A DNA stretch of 64,000 bases from Candidatus Calditenuaceae archaeon HR02 (GTDB lineage Archaea; Thermoproteota; Nitrososphaeria_A; Caldarchaeales; Calditenuaceae). Below, one piece after another: positions 9,662 to 18,451 of this stretch. The stretch is taken from the NCBI GenBank assembly GCA_002898395.1, contig BEHE01000002.1:59462-123461 (forward strand), written 5' to 3'. Numbering within the stretch: position 1 is the first letter of the stretch; every line of letters starts with the position of its first letter. The position numbers were made by a program, and so were the translations under genes. The notes below the pieces were generated by a model that saw only the letters and a list, made by a program, of their open reading frames with translations, had not been told where the DNA came from and made no database searches.

Positions 9662-9868
9662 TTGCTTAGACTCAAGGTTGGCAAATCACTTGGAATGTGG
9701 GAATGGGCAACCACGAGCTGCGACGCCTGCCTCCTAGACATCGAGGAGGGAGCCGAGGTTTCCAAGTGTGGTAACTGTGGGGCCTTATTCCACGCCGATT
9801 GTTTCAGAAATCTTCTGAACACAAAGTCTGTATGCCCAAAGTGTAGGGTGAGCTTGTATGAGCAGTAA
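9662..9868 (+). CDS. Small C4HC3 RING-finger protein (putative E3)
   Basis: C-x2-C-x12-C-x2-C-x4-H-x2-C-x10-CPxC. TATA-like TTTTATATAT at ~9629-9638 favours a leaderless TTG start at 9662. Confidence 0.85.
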   Translation: MLRLKVGKSLGMWEWATTSCDACLLDIEEGAEVSKCGNCGALFHADCFRNLLNTKSVCPKCRVSLYEQ

Positions 9869-10232
9869 TGAGAAAGAGGAGGCAGGGCCCGGCGAGGAGG
9901 AAGAGATAGTCATCGACATTATAGAGACGCCTAGGGGCCGTGTCCCTGAATTCGACAGTACCTTCCGCGCACTCGAGAAAATATCGGCCAGACTTTTAGA
10001 GCAGGATGAGAAGATAGAAAGGGCTTTGAGCCGCATATCGAGTGGACAGCTATCAAGCACCGAGCTTAAGACAATTCTGGAGACACTCGAGTCTATTAGA
10101 GAAGACTTATCTAAACTCTCGAAGAGGCTGGAGATAATAGAGGATAATATAGGTGAAATGTATGAAAGGCTAAACCTGCTGGACTATCTGGCTGATATCG
10201 TTGAGCGTTATCTTCGCTCCCTAGAGGGCTAG
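9858..10232 (+). CDS. Coiled-coil protein with acidic N-terminus, overlapping the small RING gene
   Basis: 11-bp overlap with the upstream ORF; heptad Leu/Ile pattern in the C-terminal half. Confidence 0.75.
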   Translation: MSSNEKEEAGPGEEEEIVIDIIETPRGRVPEFDSTFRALEKISARLLEQDEKIERALSRISSGQLSSTELKTILETLESIREDLSKLSKRLEIIEDNIGEMYERLNLLDYLADIVERYLRSLEG

Positions 10233-11077
10233 GTGGGTCCCCGAAGTATTCCGCCCCTGAGTTCCTGCTTAATCCGCTCCAACTCCCGCTTCTCAGACTC
10301 CAGCCTAGAAATCTCCTGGGCGAGCTGGGCTTTCTTCTTCTCCAGCCTCCTCACCTCCTCGGCCAGCTGCGAGAACTGCTTGTTATACTCCTCAGCAATA
10401 GATTTTGCCGCCTCGAGCCTCAATATCTCCTCCCTCTTCCGCTCCTCCAGCCTCACGAGCCTCTCGAGCCTCGCCTCCCTCACTTTAAACCTCTTGTCCA
10501 ATTCTTTCATAGTCTTCTCAATGCCTTCAGCCGCGGACTGGAGCGCTGCGAAATAGGAGCCGTGGAGCTCTCTTATCTTCTCCTCGAGATACGCCTTCCG
10601 CTCCTCCAGCTCTTCGACCTCTTTCTCAAAATTCCTCAAGGCCCTGTCCTTCTCCTCGACCTCCTGCCTAAGCTGAATCAGCTCTTGGCGCAATGTCTCG
10701 AGGTTGTTTTTCTCCTGCTCCAACCTCTCCCTCTCCTGCAGTATTGCCTGCCTGGCCTTCTCCAAGACCTCTACCTGCTCCCTCTGAAACTCCAGTAGCC
10801 TCGCCAGCTCCTCCTGCTGCTCTTGGAAGATCACGAGGTATGAGGTGAGGGACTTCAAGACATTCACGCCTTCAATGAACTCTTTTATGAGATATTCTGG
10901 CTGAGTTGAGGCTAATGCGTCAAACCTAGCAATCATTTCTTGGGCGGCAGACTTTATCTGGCTAATCACGCTTCCCGAGATTTGCGACTCGATGTTTTGG
11001 AGCTGAGTCATTATACTCCTTAAATTCTGCGATATAGCTTCCAGCTCCTCTGAACGCCGCCCTATTATCGAGCCCAT
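10229..11077 (-). CDS. Long coiled-coil protein of unknown function
   Basis: 282 aa, E/K/R/Q/L-rich with long heptad runs and no enzyme motif. Confidence 0.8.
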   Translation of the reverse strand: MGSIIGRRSEELEAISQNLRSIMTQLQNIESQISGSVISQIKSAAQEMIARFDALASTQPEYLIKEFIEGVNVLKSLTSYLVIFQEQQEELARLLEFQREQVEVLEKARQAILQERERLEQEKNNLETLRQELIQLRQEVEEKDRALRNFEKEVEELEERKAYLEEKIRELHGSYFAALQSAAEGIEKTMKELDKRFKVREARLERLVRLEERKREEILRLEAAKSIAEEYNKQFSQLAEEVRRLEKKKAQLAQEISRLESEKRELERIKQELRGGILRGPT

Positions 11078-11197
11078 CCTTCGTAATCTCTCTATTTCTT
11101 CGGATATAAATCTATACTCCTCGAATTATTGGCCAAGCCCTCTATCTGAATCGGTGAACTTATTTATATATAGGCTGCATGATGAAAGTGCAGGTCA

Positions 11198-11950
11198 ATG
11201 ATCACTCAGACAAGTGAGGCTTTGGCCAGGTTCAGCAGGATCGGTGCTCTAATCTCACTCTTAGGTGCGACACACGCTTTAAGCCTAATACTCAACTGGT
11301 TCTCGATAAATTACGACGATGTTGGCCGATCCCTGATCAGTGGGTATACCTTCATGGAGCCCCTACTGATTTCTTTGGCTGCTGGCGGCGCGGCCGGCGC
11401 AACAGGCGTGTTTGCCTCAAATCTTAAGGATCTCACGAAGCTTAGACTCGTTGTGCCACTCCTCTCTTTTACTGCGGCGGGGCTAGCCCTCTTCTCACCC
11501 CTCTACACATACTTGATAAAGCTTCCAGGCTTCGGTGGCCTGAACTTCATTCCCGAGCTGGGTCTATTCGCAGCCCTCTTCACAGGGATAGCGATAACGG
11601 GTGCCTCGATACTCGCCCTAATTGCTGCCATGCGGACACGTGTTACAGCCTACATGGCGCCATCACCCCTCTGGGTAACGGCAAGGGAAGAGGAGACCGG
11701 GACAGTCGCGGAGTTTACCGAGCCGACAGCCGAGGAACAGGCAGCCATACTTGAGCAGGCTCCGGAGAGGGAGGAAAGGGGATTAGAAACAGCGGCGGGC
11801 GGCCAGTGTATGATATGTGGCGACCTCATCACAGGAGGTGATACTGAGTCCTGTCACAGGTGTGGAGCCGTCTTTCATAAGGATTGCATGAACGTGTGGG
11901 TTGACTTGGGGAATAAGTGCCCTTCCTGTGGAGGGGAGCTCCGAGGCTAG
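11198..11950 (+). CDS. Multi-pass membrane protein with acidic linker and C-terminal C4HC3 RING finger
   Basis: About 4 TM helices, then an E-rich linker, then CMIC-x11-CHRC-x4-HKDC-MNVW-x6-CPSC. TATA-like TTTATATATA at ~11163-11172. Confidence 0.85.
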   Translation: MITQTSEALARFSRIGALISLLGATHALSLILNWFSINYDDVGRSLISGYTFMEPLLISLAAGGAAGATGVFASNLKDLTKLRLVVPLLSFTAAGLALFSPLYTYLIKLPGFGGLNFIPELGLFAALFTGIAITGASILALIAAMRTRVTAYMAPSPLWVTAREEETGTVAEFTEPTAEEQAAILEQAPEREERGLETAAGGQCMICGDLITGGDTESCHRCGAVFHKDCMNVWVDLGNKCPSCGGELRG

Positions 11951-12039
11951 AGCCTACTGTATGAGGGATGGACAGTCATCTAGACGGCTAGCCTGGCTAA
12001 TCAGCTATTTATTGCGCAGATCTGATGGTTTGAGAGGAG

Positions 12040-13548
12040 ATGCCTGAGCAGCTCGCCGAGAGCATTGTCCAACTCGCGTTGAGGAGGGGGTTCTTTAACC
12101 CCACAGCTGAGATATACAGGGGCCCAGCCGGCTTCTATGATCTAGGACCGCTGGGAACACTGATGAAGCTAAACCTCATCAATTATTGGCTGGACACTTT
12201 CGTGAAGAGGGAGACATCCTTCGAAGTCTACCTTATCGACGGTTCATTGATACTCCCATATGAAGCATTGAAAGCTTCTGGTCACGTAGACAAGTTCACT
12301 GATCCCAAGGCGGAGTGTGTTAAGTGTGGCAGAATCCACCGCCTAGACCAGCTCATCGAGGAGACGCTAGGATTGAAGGTGGAAGGAAAGGGTATCGAAG
12401 ACCTGCAGGAGATAGTGAAGGTTCAGGGGGTTAGATGTCCCAATTGTGGGGGCGAGCTGACGGGCTTTAAGGAGCACCACCTGATGTTCAAACTCTCTAT
12501 AGGGGGAGGGGGGGAGGCCGCATTTCTCCGCCCCGAGACGGCGCAAAACATCTTCCTAAACTTTAAGAGAATAGCATACGCTATGAGGGCTAAGCTACCC
12601 TTCGCAGTAGCCCAGGTTGGGAAATCATTTAGGAACGAGATCTCCCCCCGCCAGTCCATTATCAGGCTCCGAGAATTCAGCCAAATGGAGATTGAGGTCT
12701 TCTTTTCTCCCATTAGAGGCGACGGGCCCAGTAAGTTCGAGGATGTTGGCGATACTGTTATTCGTGTCTTGACCCGAGAGGAGCAGAAGAGAGGTGATGG
12801 CGGAGAGGCAATAGAGCTGAGAGCCAGAGATGCCGTTGAGGAGGGAATAGTACCTAACAAGTTCCTAGCATACTATCTTGCCAAGGAGGTGAGGTTCTTT
12901 CAGTCGCTCGGTATTCCGCCTGAAAACATGAGGTTCAGACACCTGCTGCCAGAGGAGACGCCACACTACTCGGGGGGGAATTTTGACCTCGAGGTGAAGT
13001 TCTCGTTTGGATGGAAGGAGGTCGTGGGGAACGCTTACAGGCGAGACTATGACCTCACAGTCCACTCCAAGCACTCTGGAGAGGACCTTTCAATAGATGA
13101 TAATGGCGTGAAAATAGTTCCACATGTGGTTGAGCCATCTTTCGGTGTTGAAAGAATTCTTTACGCAATACTCGAGCATTCGTACAGGGAAGGAGTTAGA
13201 GAGTGGCCCATTCTAATGCTCCCTAGAATAATCTCTCCCATAAAAGCAGCCATACTCCCATTACTTGACCGGACCGCCTTGGTGGCGAAGGCTTGGGAGA
13301 TCTACACCTGGCTCAGGGCTAGTAGGCTTCCCATCTACACTGTTTATGACGATCGGGGATCAATTGGTAGAAGATATGCACGGGCTGATGAGGCGGGCGT
13401 CAACCTCTGCGTGACAATCGACCACCAGACACTACAGGACAACACGGTTACGGTTAGGGATAGAGACACTACATCACAGATTAGAGTAAAGATAGATGAG
13501 CTTGAGGAGCTAATCTTCAACGACACGTATAGGGGACTGGAACAGTAA
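12040..13548 (+). CDS. glyS: Glycine--tRNA ligase (alpha2 type)
   Basis: ASGHVDKFTDP, LRPETAQ, FRNEISPR, RLREFSQME, VEPSFGVER, GSIGRRYARADE. Confidence 0.97.
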   Translation: MPEQLAESIVQLALRRGFFNPTAEIYRGPAGFYDLGPLGTLMKLNLINYWLDTFVKRETSFEVYLIDGSLILPYEALKASGHVDKFTDPKAECVKCGRIHRLDQLIEETLGLKVEGKGIEDLQEIVKVQGVRCPNCGGELTGFKEHHLMFKLSIGGGGEAAFLRPETAQNIFLNFKRIAYAMRAKLPFAVAQVGKSFRNEISPRQSIIRLREFSQMEIEVFFSPIRGDGPSKFEDVGDTVIRVLTREEQKRGDGGEAIELRARDAVEEGIVPNKFLAYYLAKEVRFFQSLGIPPENMRFRHLLPEETPHYSGGNFDLEVKFSFGWKEVVGNAYRRDYDLTVHSKHSGEDLSIDDNGVKIVPHVVEPSFGVERILYAILEHSYREGVREWPILMLPRIISPIKAAILPLLDRTALVAKAWEIYTWLRASRLPIYTVYDDRGSIGRRYARADEAGVNLCVTIDHQTLQDNTVTVRDRDTTSQIRVKIDELEELIFNDTYRGLEQ

Positions 13549-13568
13549 ATGTCTGGCGCTGATTAGTT

Positions 13569-14108
13569 TTGCAGGCTAAGGTTTTGGTCGGCGTCACAGG
13601 TCCCCCAGGATGTGGGAAGACGACAACGGTGGAGATTGCTGCGAACATTCTAAGGAGGATGGGAAAGAGTGTTGGAGGAATATTGTCGAAGGAGGTTAGG
13701 TCTGCCGGCAGAAGGGTTGGATTTGATATAATAGATGTCGAGACTCGAGAATCAGTGCCGCTCGCCAGGGAGTCGGGAGAACCTGGCCCACGAATAGGGA
13801 GATACAGGGTCCATGTTGAAAACCTCGATGGATTTGCATCGGACATTATTGAGAAGACCCTAGACGCGGGCGCCATCGTCATCGTCGACGAGGTGGGGCC
13901 TATGGAGCTGATGAGCCAGCGGTTTAGGAATGTTTTGAGAAGGGTCCTGAAGGATGCGAGCTACGCGATCTTAGCACTGCACTTTCGCTCCCGTGACCCA
14001 CTACTGCTTGAGGCGAGAGGGGCTGTGACTAGGTTGATTATTCTCAGACGCGGTGAGGCCAAAGCCGCGGCTAAGGTGATTGTGGACTCGATTATGGGCA
14101 ATGGGTGA
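13569..14108 (+). CDS. THEP1-family nucleoside triphosphatase
   Basis: GPPGCGKTT, RVGFDIID, IVDEVGPMEL. Confidence 0.92.
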   Translation: MQAKVLVGVTGPPGCGKTTTVEIAANILRRMGKSVGGILSKEVRSAGRRVGFDIIDVETRESVPLARESGEPGPRIGRYRVHVENLDGFASDIIEKTLDAGAIVIVDEVGPMELMSQRFRNVLRRVLKDASYAILALHFRSRDPLLLEARGAVTRLIILRRGEAKAAAKVIVDSIMGNG

Positions 14109-14114
14109 GGGGGC

Positions 14115-15299
14115 GTGGAGGCTGCTCCGCTGCCACCTTTCCCGGTAAAGATGGTCAGGGAGGGTGTGGCCGAGCTAGTCGTTCCAGAAACAGGAGAGAC
14201 CCAGGCAACGACTAAACTCCCAGCATTCTACAATCCCCTCTCCAAGGTCTCTAGAGACTTGGCAGTCATCGTGGTTGGTGCTTATTTTTCCGGGGGGACT
14301 TGCAGTCTGGCCGCTGAGCCTCTCGCGGGGACAGGGGCCAGGATTATTAGGCTACTGCTGGAGTCTGGCTCCGTGTCTGAGGGGTTGGCTGGCGATATTT
14401 CTGAGTGGGCCGTCCGGCTCTGTGAGATTAACAGGCGGCGGAACGGCTTGACTGAGAGGCTGAGGATCGAGCATCTAGACGCAAACCTGCTCTTATCCAG
14501 ATTGGCGGTCGAGGGGCGGGCCTGCTACGTAGACATCGACCCATTCGGCTCTCCTGCGAGATTTCTTGAAAACGGGTTTAGAGCTACTGAGAGGCGAGGG
14601 CTGTTAGGGGTTTCTGCAACAGACCTCGCCGCCCTCTCAGGCTCCTCGCGGCGCACCGCATACTGGAAATATGGTTTAACACTTGTCAAGACCAACTTCT
14701 ACAGAGAGACCGCAATCAGGGCCTTGGCGGGATTCGCGGTAATGACGGCTTCAAGGCTGAGCCTAGGAGCAGAGCCCATACTCTCGGTAGCGTATAGACA
14801 CTTTGTCAGAGTGTTTCTGCGGGTGGAGAGGGGAAAACGGAGAGCCCATCACGCCAGGGCACTGGTTAGGTATCTAATTCACTGCCAATACTGTCTCAAC
14901 GTCTCTGTGATAAGTAACGTAACTGAGTGGAGGGAGAAATGCAGTATATGCGGCAACCCCAATACCATTATAGGACCAATTTGGACAGGTGCCCTTCACG
15001 ACAAAAACCTCGTCGAAAGAATACTAAGCTCGGGGCATGCGTCCGACCCAACATACGGCGAGGCCATAAAGATCATTAAGGCTATTTCAGAAGAGCTTGA
15101 CGACATCCCATGGTCCTTCCAACTCTCTGAAGTCTCTAGGCGAGCACGGACCTCGCCACCCAAAACAAAACACGTGGTAGAGAAACTTAGGGAGGTAGGC
15201 TACCGCGCCTCCTCCACCCACTACGATCCCGCCGCAGTAAAGACAGATGCGCCACCCGACGTCTTAACAAAGATTGTGAAGGAGCTAGTCCACAACTGA
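14115..15299 (+). CDS. trm1: tRNA (guanine26-N2)-dimethyltransferase
   Basis: FYNP..RDL, AGTGAR, DIDPFGSP, ATDLAAL, C-terminal THY..VKTDAP. Confidence 0.95.
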   Translation: MEAAPLPPFPVKMVREGVAELVVPETGETQATTKLPAFYNPLSKVSRDLAVIVVGAYFSGGTCSLAAEPLAGTGARIIRLLLESGSVSEGLAGDISEWAVRLCEINRRRNGLTERLRIEHLDANLLLSRLAVEGRACYVDIDPFGSPARFLENGFRATERRGLLGVSATDLAALSGSSRRTAYWKYGLTLVKTNFYRETAIRALAGFAVMTASRLSLGAEPILSVAYRHFVRVFLRVERGKRRAHHARALVRYLIHCQYCLNVSVISNVTEWREKCSICGNPNTIIGPIWTGALHDKNLVERILSSGHASDPTYGEAIKIIKAISEELDDIPWSFQLSEVSRRARTSPPKTKHVVEKLREVGYRASSTHYDPAAVKTDAPPDVLTKIVKELVHN

Positions 15300-15370
15300 G
15301 TATGGAGCCTGAATTACTGCAAAACAGGCCGACACTAGATTGAAATAGATGCAGCTTAACATACGGATCC

Positions 15371-15724
15371 GTGCAGATCTGGATAAACAGGGTGTGGGAC
15401 GAATTATTCCCCGGCGTCTACCGCTCCATTTTAGCCCATAACCCCTCCACCATGCTCATGCTGGTGCGGATGCTGCCTGGGGCAGTCGTGCCGAGGCACA
15501 ACCATCCCCATCTTCAGGCAGGCATTGTGCTGAGAGGCTCTCTACTTTTCAAGACGGAGCGTAGCGAAAGAGTCCTGAGAGAGGGCGACTCCTACCTAAT
15601 AGATCCTTGGGAGCAGCACGAAGTGATAAACATGGGCACGGAAGAGGCCCTCGCACTCGACATATTCAACCCAGCCCGAGAGGACTATGCTAAAGCAGCG
15701 AGGAAGCCTGATCTAGTGCTTTAA
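15371..15724 (+). CDS. Cupin-domain protein
   Basis: PRHNHPHLQAG..G and P..QHEV cupin motifs. Confidence 0.88.
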   Translation: MQIWINRVWDELFPGVYRSILAHNPSTMLMLVRMLPGAVVPRHNHPHLQAGIVLRGSLLFKTERSERVLREGDSYLIDPWEQHEVINMGTEEALALDIFNPAREDYAKAARKPDLVL

Positions 15725-15740
15725 GCCCTCCTCTGCTCTA

Positions 15741-16376
15741 CTACTGCCGCTGCCCAAGGTTTTCCCGGAAATAGAGCCGCGCGAGATAAAGCGCTGCCAG
15801 AAGTATGGTTATGCTGATCACAAGCCTTACAGGGTCCGGCACAAACCTCGAGGGAGTAATTAAGAGCGAGAGAGCTGCAAGCGTAGGTGGTAACAGTATT
15901 ACGAGGGCGGCGAAGAAGACCGTCTCCACAAAACCTCTATCTGAGAGGAGCCGCGCCAACGAGTCAAGCCAGCTATCCCTCACAGAGACCTCATGATCTG
16001 GGGGCCCACCTATCCCATAAACCCTTACTGCGATGTCTCTGAAGAGGAGTGGGTCGCTGGCAGCAAAGCCATCCTCCCTTAATAATCCATGAAGCACCCC
16101 ATCCCTCACTATCCTAATCTCGGGAGGGGAGACAAAGACGTCAAACCCCCGCAGCTTAGCTACAAGTATGGCGGCCCTTATTACGCGGTCGTTAATTTTC
16201 AATTTCAGCTTCTCTTCAAAGTATCCAAGAAGTGGCGGACTGTTGGAAACGACCCTGTTAATTGTTATGTTGCTGTCCTTGAAAACTGGGAATGATGCCT
16301 GAATTTCTGCGAGACTCTTACCGTCTCTGGATTGTTGAAGCACCCACTCAACCGCCTTCTGGAAAGCCTCCGACAA
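15741..16376 (-). CDS. Hypothetical protein with two C-terminal TM helices
   Basis: 211-aa ORF filling the gap, co-oriented 9 bp downstream of ribK. Confidence 0.65.
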   Translation of the reverse strand: MSEAFQKAVEWVLQQSRDGKSLAEIQASFPVFKDSNITINRVVSNSPPLLGYFEEKLKLKINDRVIRAAILVAKLRGFDVFVSPPEIRIVRDGVLHGLLREDGFAASDPLLFRDIAVRVYGIGGPPDHEVSVRDSWLDSLARLLSDRGFVETVFFAALVILLPPTLAALSLLITPSRFVPDPVRLVISITILLAALYLARLYFRENLGQRQ

Positions 16377-16385
16377 CTCGTGAAA

Positions 16386-17129
16386 TCAAGTTTTAGGCAA
16401 AATTTGACCCTTATCTTCGTGTGGTATCTGTCCCGCGGCCGAGAAATTGGCTGCGGGGAGCGTTACAGTTATCTTGACCTTGTCACCATCAGATAGACCG
16501 TACTTTCCCCGCAGATAAACAGGAGAGATCACCTCTATGACGTTCTCGCCATAATGCGTCCTCTCGATGTATAGGATAGCACAGAGGTCAGAGTTATTAA
16601 AGGAGGCGAGTATTGCCCGCGCCCCACCATAAGTCCGGTTCCTGTCCTTGAACCCCTCTATCCATATGTCGGCATATTTTCCTACAAGCGTCCTATTCTG
16701 GATTGAATCCCAAGATAGGAGATTCACGTTAAGAGTCCCTGGGTACGGGTCAAACCCTAGCTTCTTTCTTATCTGGTCCCTGTACCATGGAAGGGAGATA
16801 TAATATGCTCCCTCCCCCATTCCGCTGAAGACCCTGCCCTCAAGCACCACCTCGACAGGCTTCTCAATTATCCTCTTCAGCTCCGCATACAGTTCAGAGA
16901 GCTCATTGATGGATTTCTTGGTCAACCTCACATAACACGACCTACCAACCATCCTCCTTTCAATAAACCCTTCCCTCTCCATCTTTATCATGACTCGAGA
17001 GGCGGATTGCTGAGATGTGTTGAGGAATCTCGCGAGGGCTGGCGTTGTGACCTGGACCCCATTACTGAAGCCATTCCTCTCATAGAGGTAGAGGAGGAGG
17101 CGGAGCTGCATTTTGTTAAGATTCATCAA
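16386..17129 (-). CDS. ribK: CTP-dependent riboflavin kinase with N-terminal wHTH (RbkR-type)
   Basis: SQQSASR HTH; SGMGEGAYY, GFDPYPGTLN, ERTHY, E.ISP..LR...L.DGD. Confidence 0.95.
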   Translation of the reverse strand: MMNLNKMQLRLLLYLYERNGFSNGVQVTTPALARFLNTSQQSASRVMIKMEREGFIERRMVGRSCYVRLTKKSINELSELYAELKRIIEKPVEVVLEGRVFSGMGEGAYYISLPWYRDQIRKKLGFDPYPGTLNVNLLSWDSIQNRTLVGKYADIWIEGFKDRNRTYGGARAILASFNNSDLCAILYIERTHYGENVIEVISPVYLRGKYGLSDGDKVKITVTLPAANFSAAGQIPHEDKGQILPKT

Positions 17130-17254
17130 ATATTACGGCGTTATACTCCCTCATTAATCTATTCCTGACTAATGACCCTTAAAAGACTTTTGGTAGCCGC
17201 TTCTAAAATTACACCCTCCTAAGCCCAGGACAGATAGATATTAAATCCTTAGGC

Positions 17255-17896
17255 CTATAACTGGATCGTCTCCATCCTGATGACTCCAGACCTGCCTATC
17301 ACGAGGATGTCTATACCATTCCCACTGGCCGCGTCGCGTGTAGCACCGGCCTTGACAGCCTTCACGGCTAGATCGCTTATCTCATCAGCCCTGGCACCCG
17401 GCTTGAACCAGGTCTCAAGCACTCCAGCGGCTATCTCCGCACCGCTACCAACCGCCGTATAATCGTCTTCGATCACTGAGCCAAGCGGGTCAAGGACATA
17501 TATGTGGGGGCCGGTCGAGTCAACGCCGCCCACCACCGTCTCGGTGAAGTAGGGGAAGAGCCGGTTTCCGAATAGATAGGTGGAGAGGACCTTTGCGACT
17601 GTGTTCACGGATGGGAGCCTCCCTTGCTCCAATATGTAGAGGTTTATCAATGCTTTGGCCTCCCTGATGAGTCCCTGCATATCTGAGACCAATCCGGCAC
17701 ATGCGGCTCCTGCGTTCCTTGTCAGCTGGAAGACCTTCTGAGCGTTCTTAGAGACCACAAAGTTGCCATATGATAGCCTCTTCTCAGAGGCTAGGACAAC
17801 GCTATCAACCCCCTTTATCCCGACAGTAGTCGCCCCCGGAATGATGTAATAGCCCTGCTGCACAACCACTAGAGAAAGGCTCAACCTTTTAACCAT
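17255..17896 (-). CDS. psmB: 20S proteasome beta subunit
   Basis: PGATTVGIKG.D.VVLASEKR, AGLVSD, LDPLGS, GSG, RDAASGNGID. The real start is probably a later GTG. Confidence 0.95.
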   Translation of the reverse strand: MVKRLSLSLVVVQQGYYIIPGATTVGIKGVDSVVLASEKRLSYGNFVVSKNAQKVFQLTRNAGAACAGLVSDMQGLIREAKALINLYILEQGRLPSVNTVAKVLSTYLFGNRLFPYFTETVVGGVDSTGPHIYVLDPLGSVIEDDYTAVGSGAEIAAGVLETWFKPGARADEISDLAVKAVKAGATRDAASGNGIDILVIGRSGVIRMETIQL

Positions 17897-17967
17897 TCCC
17901 TAATCCGCCGCTCACCGTCTGGCCTAGAGCCACCTTTATTTAGAACAGCCACAACACAATATCGCGG

Positions 17968-18450
17968 ATGGCCCAGCAGGAGCTTAGACTAATCGTCAGG
18001 CTGCTCAACGTGGACCTGGACGGGGGTAAAAAAATACCCTACTCACTCGCCGGGATAAGGGGGGTGGGGATTACTTTTGGATACGCCGTAGCGAGGGCAC
18101 TCGGCATCGACCCAGAGCTGAGGCTTGGACAGCTAACTGACCAGCAGCTAGCACTAATTGAAGACTGCATCAGGAATCCGGAAAAGTATGGTATTCCATC
18201 ATGGATGTATAATAGGAGGCGTGACCCTCAGAGTGGAAAAGACCTTCACCTGATAGGGGCTGATCTTGACTTGGCAATAAAAGAGGATATTCAGAGGGAG
18301 ATGAGGATAAAGTCTTGGAGAGGTGTTCGTCACTCTCTAGGCCTTAAGGTTAGGGGGCAGAGGACTAGGACTACCGGGCGGAAGACCGGGCCGGTAGGTG
18401 TCGTCAGAAAGGCCGCCGAGGCGGCTGCGAAGGAGTCAAGCAAGAAATAG
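17968..18450 (+). CDS. rps13: 30S ribosomal protein S13 (uS13)
   Basis: IPSWMYNRRRD, SWRGVRH.LGLKVRGQRTRTTGR. Confidence 0.97.
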   Translation: MAQQELRLIVRLLNVDLDGGKKIPYSLAGIRGVGITFGYAVARALGIDPELRLGQLTDQQLALIEDCIRNPEKYGIPSWMYNRRRDPQSGKDLHLIGADLDLAIKEDIQREMRIKSWRGVRHSLGLKVRGQRTRTTGRKTGPVGVVRKAAEAAAKESSKK

Positions 18451-18451
18451 C

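Noticed and set aside
10229-11077. SMC/Rad50 or CdvA
   Set aside because: No Walker motifs, hinge, Zn hook or PRC barrel.
11179-11215. C/D sRNA starting at ATGATGA
   Set aside because: No credible C' or D box follows; it overlaps a CDS start.
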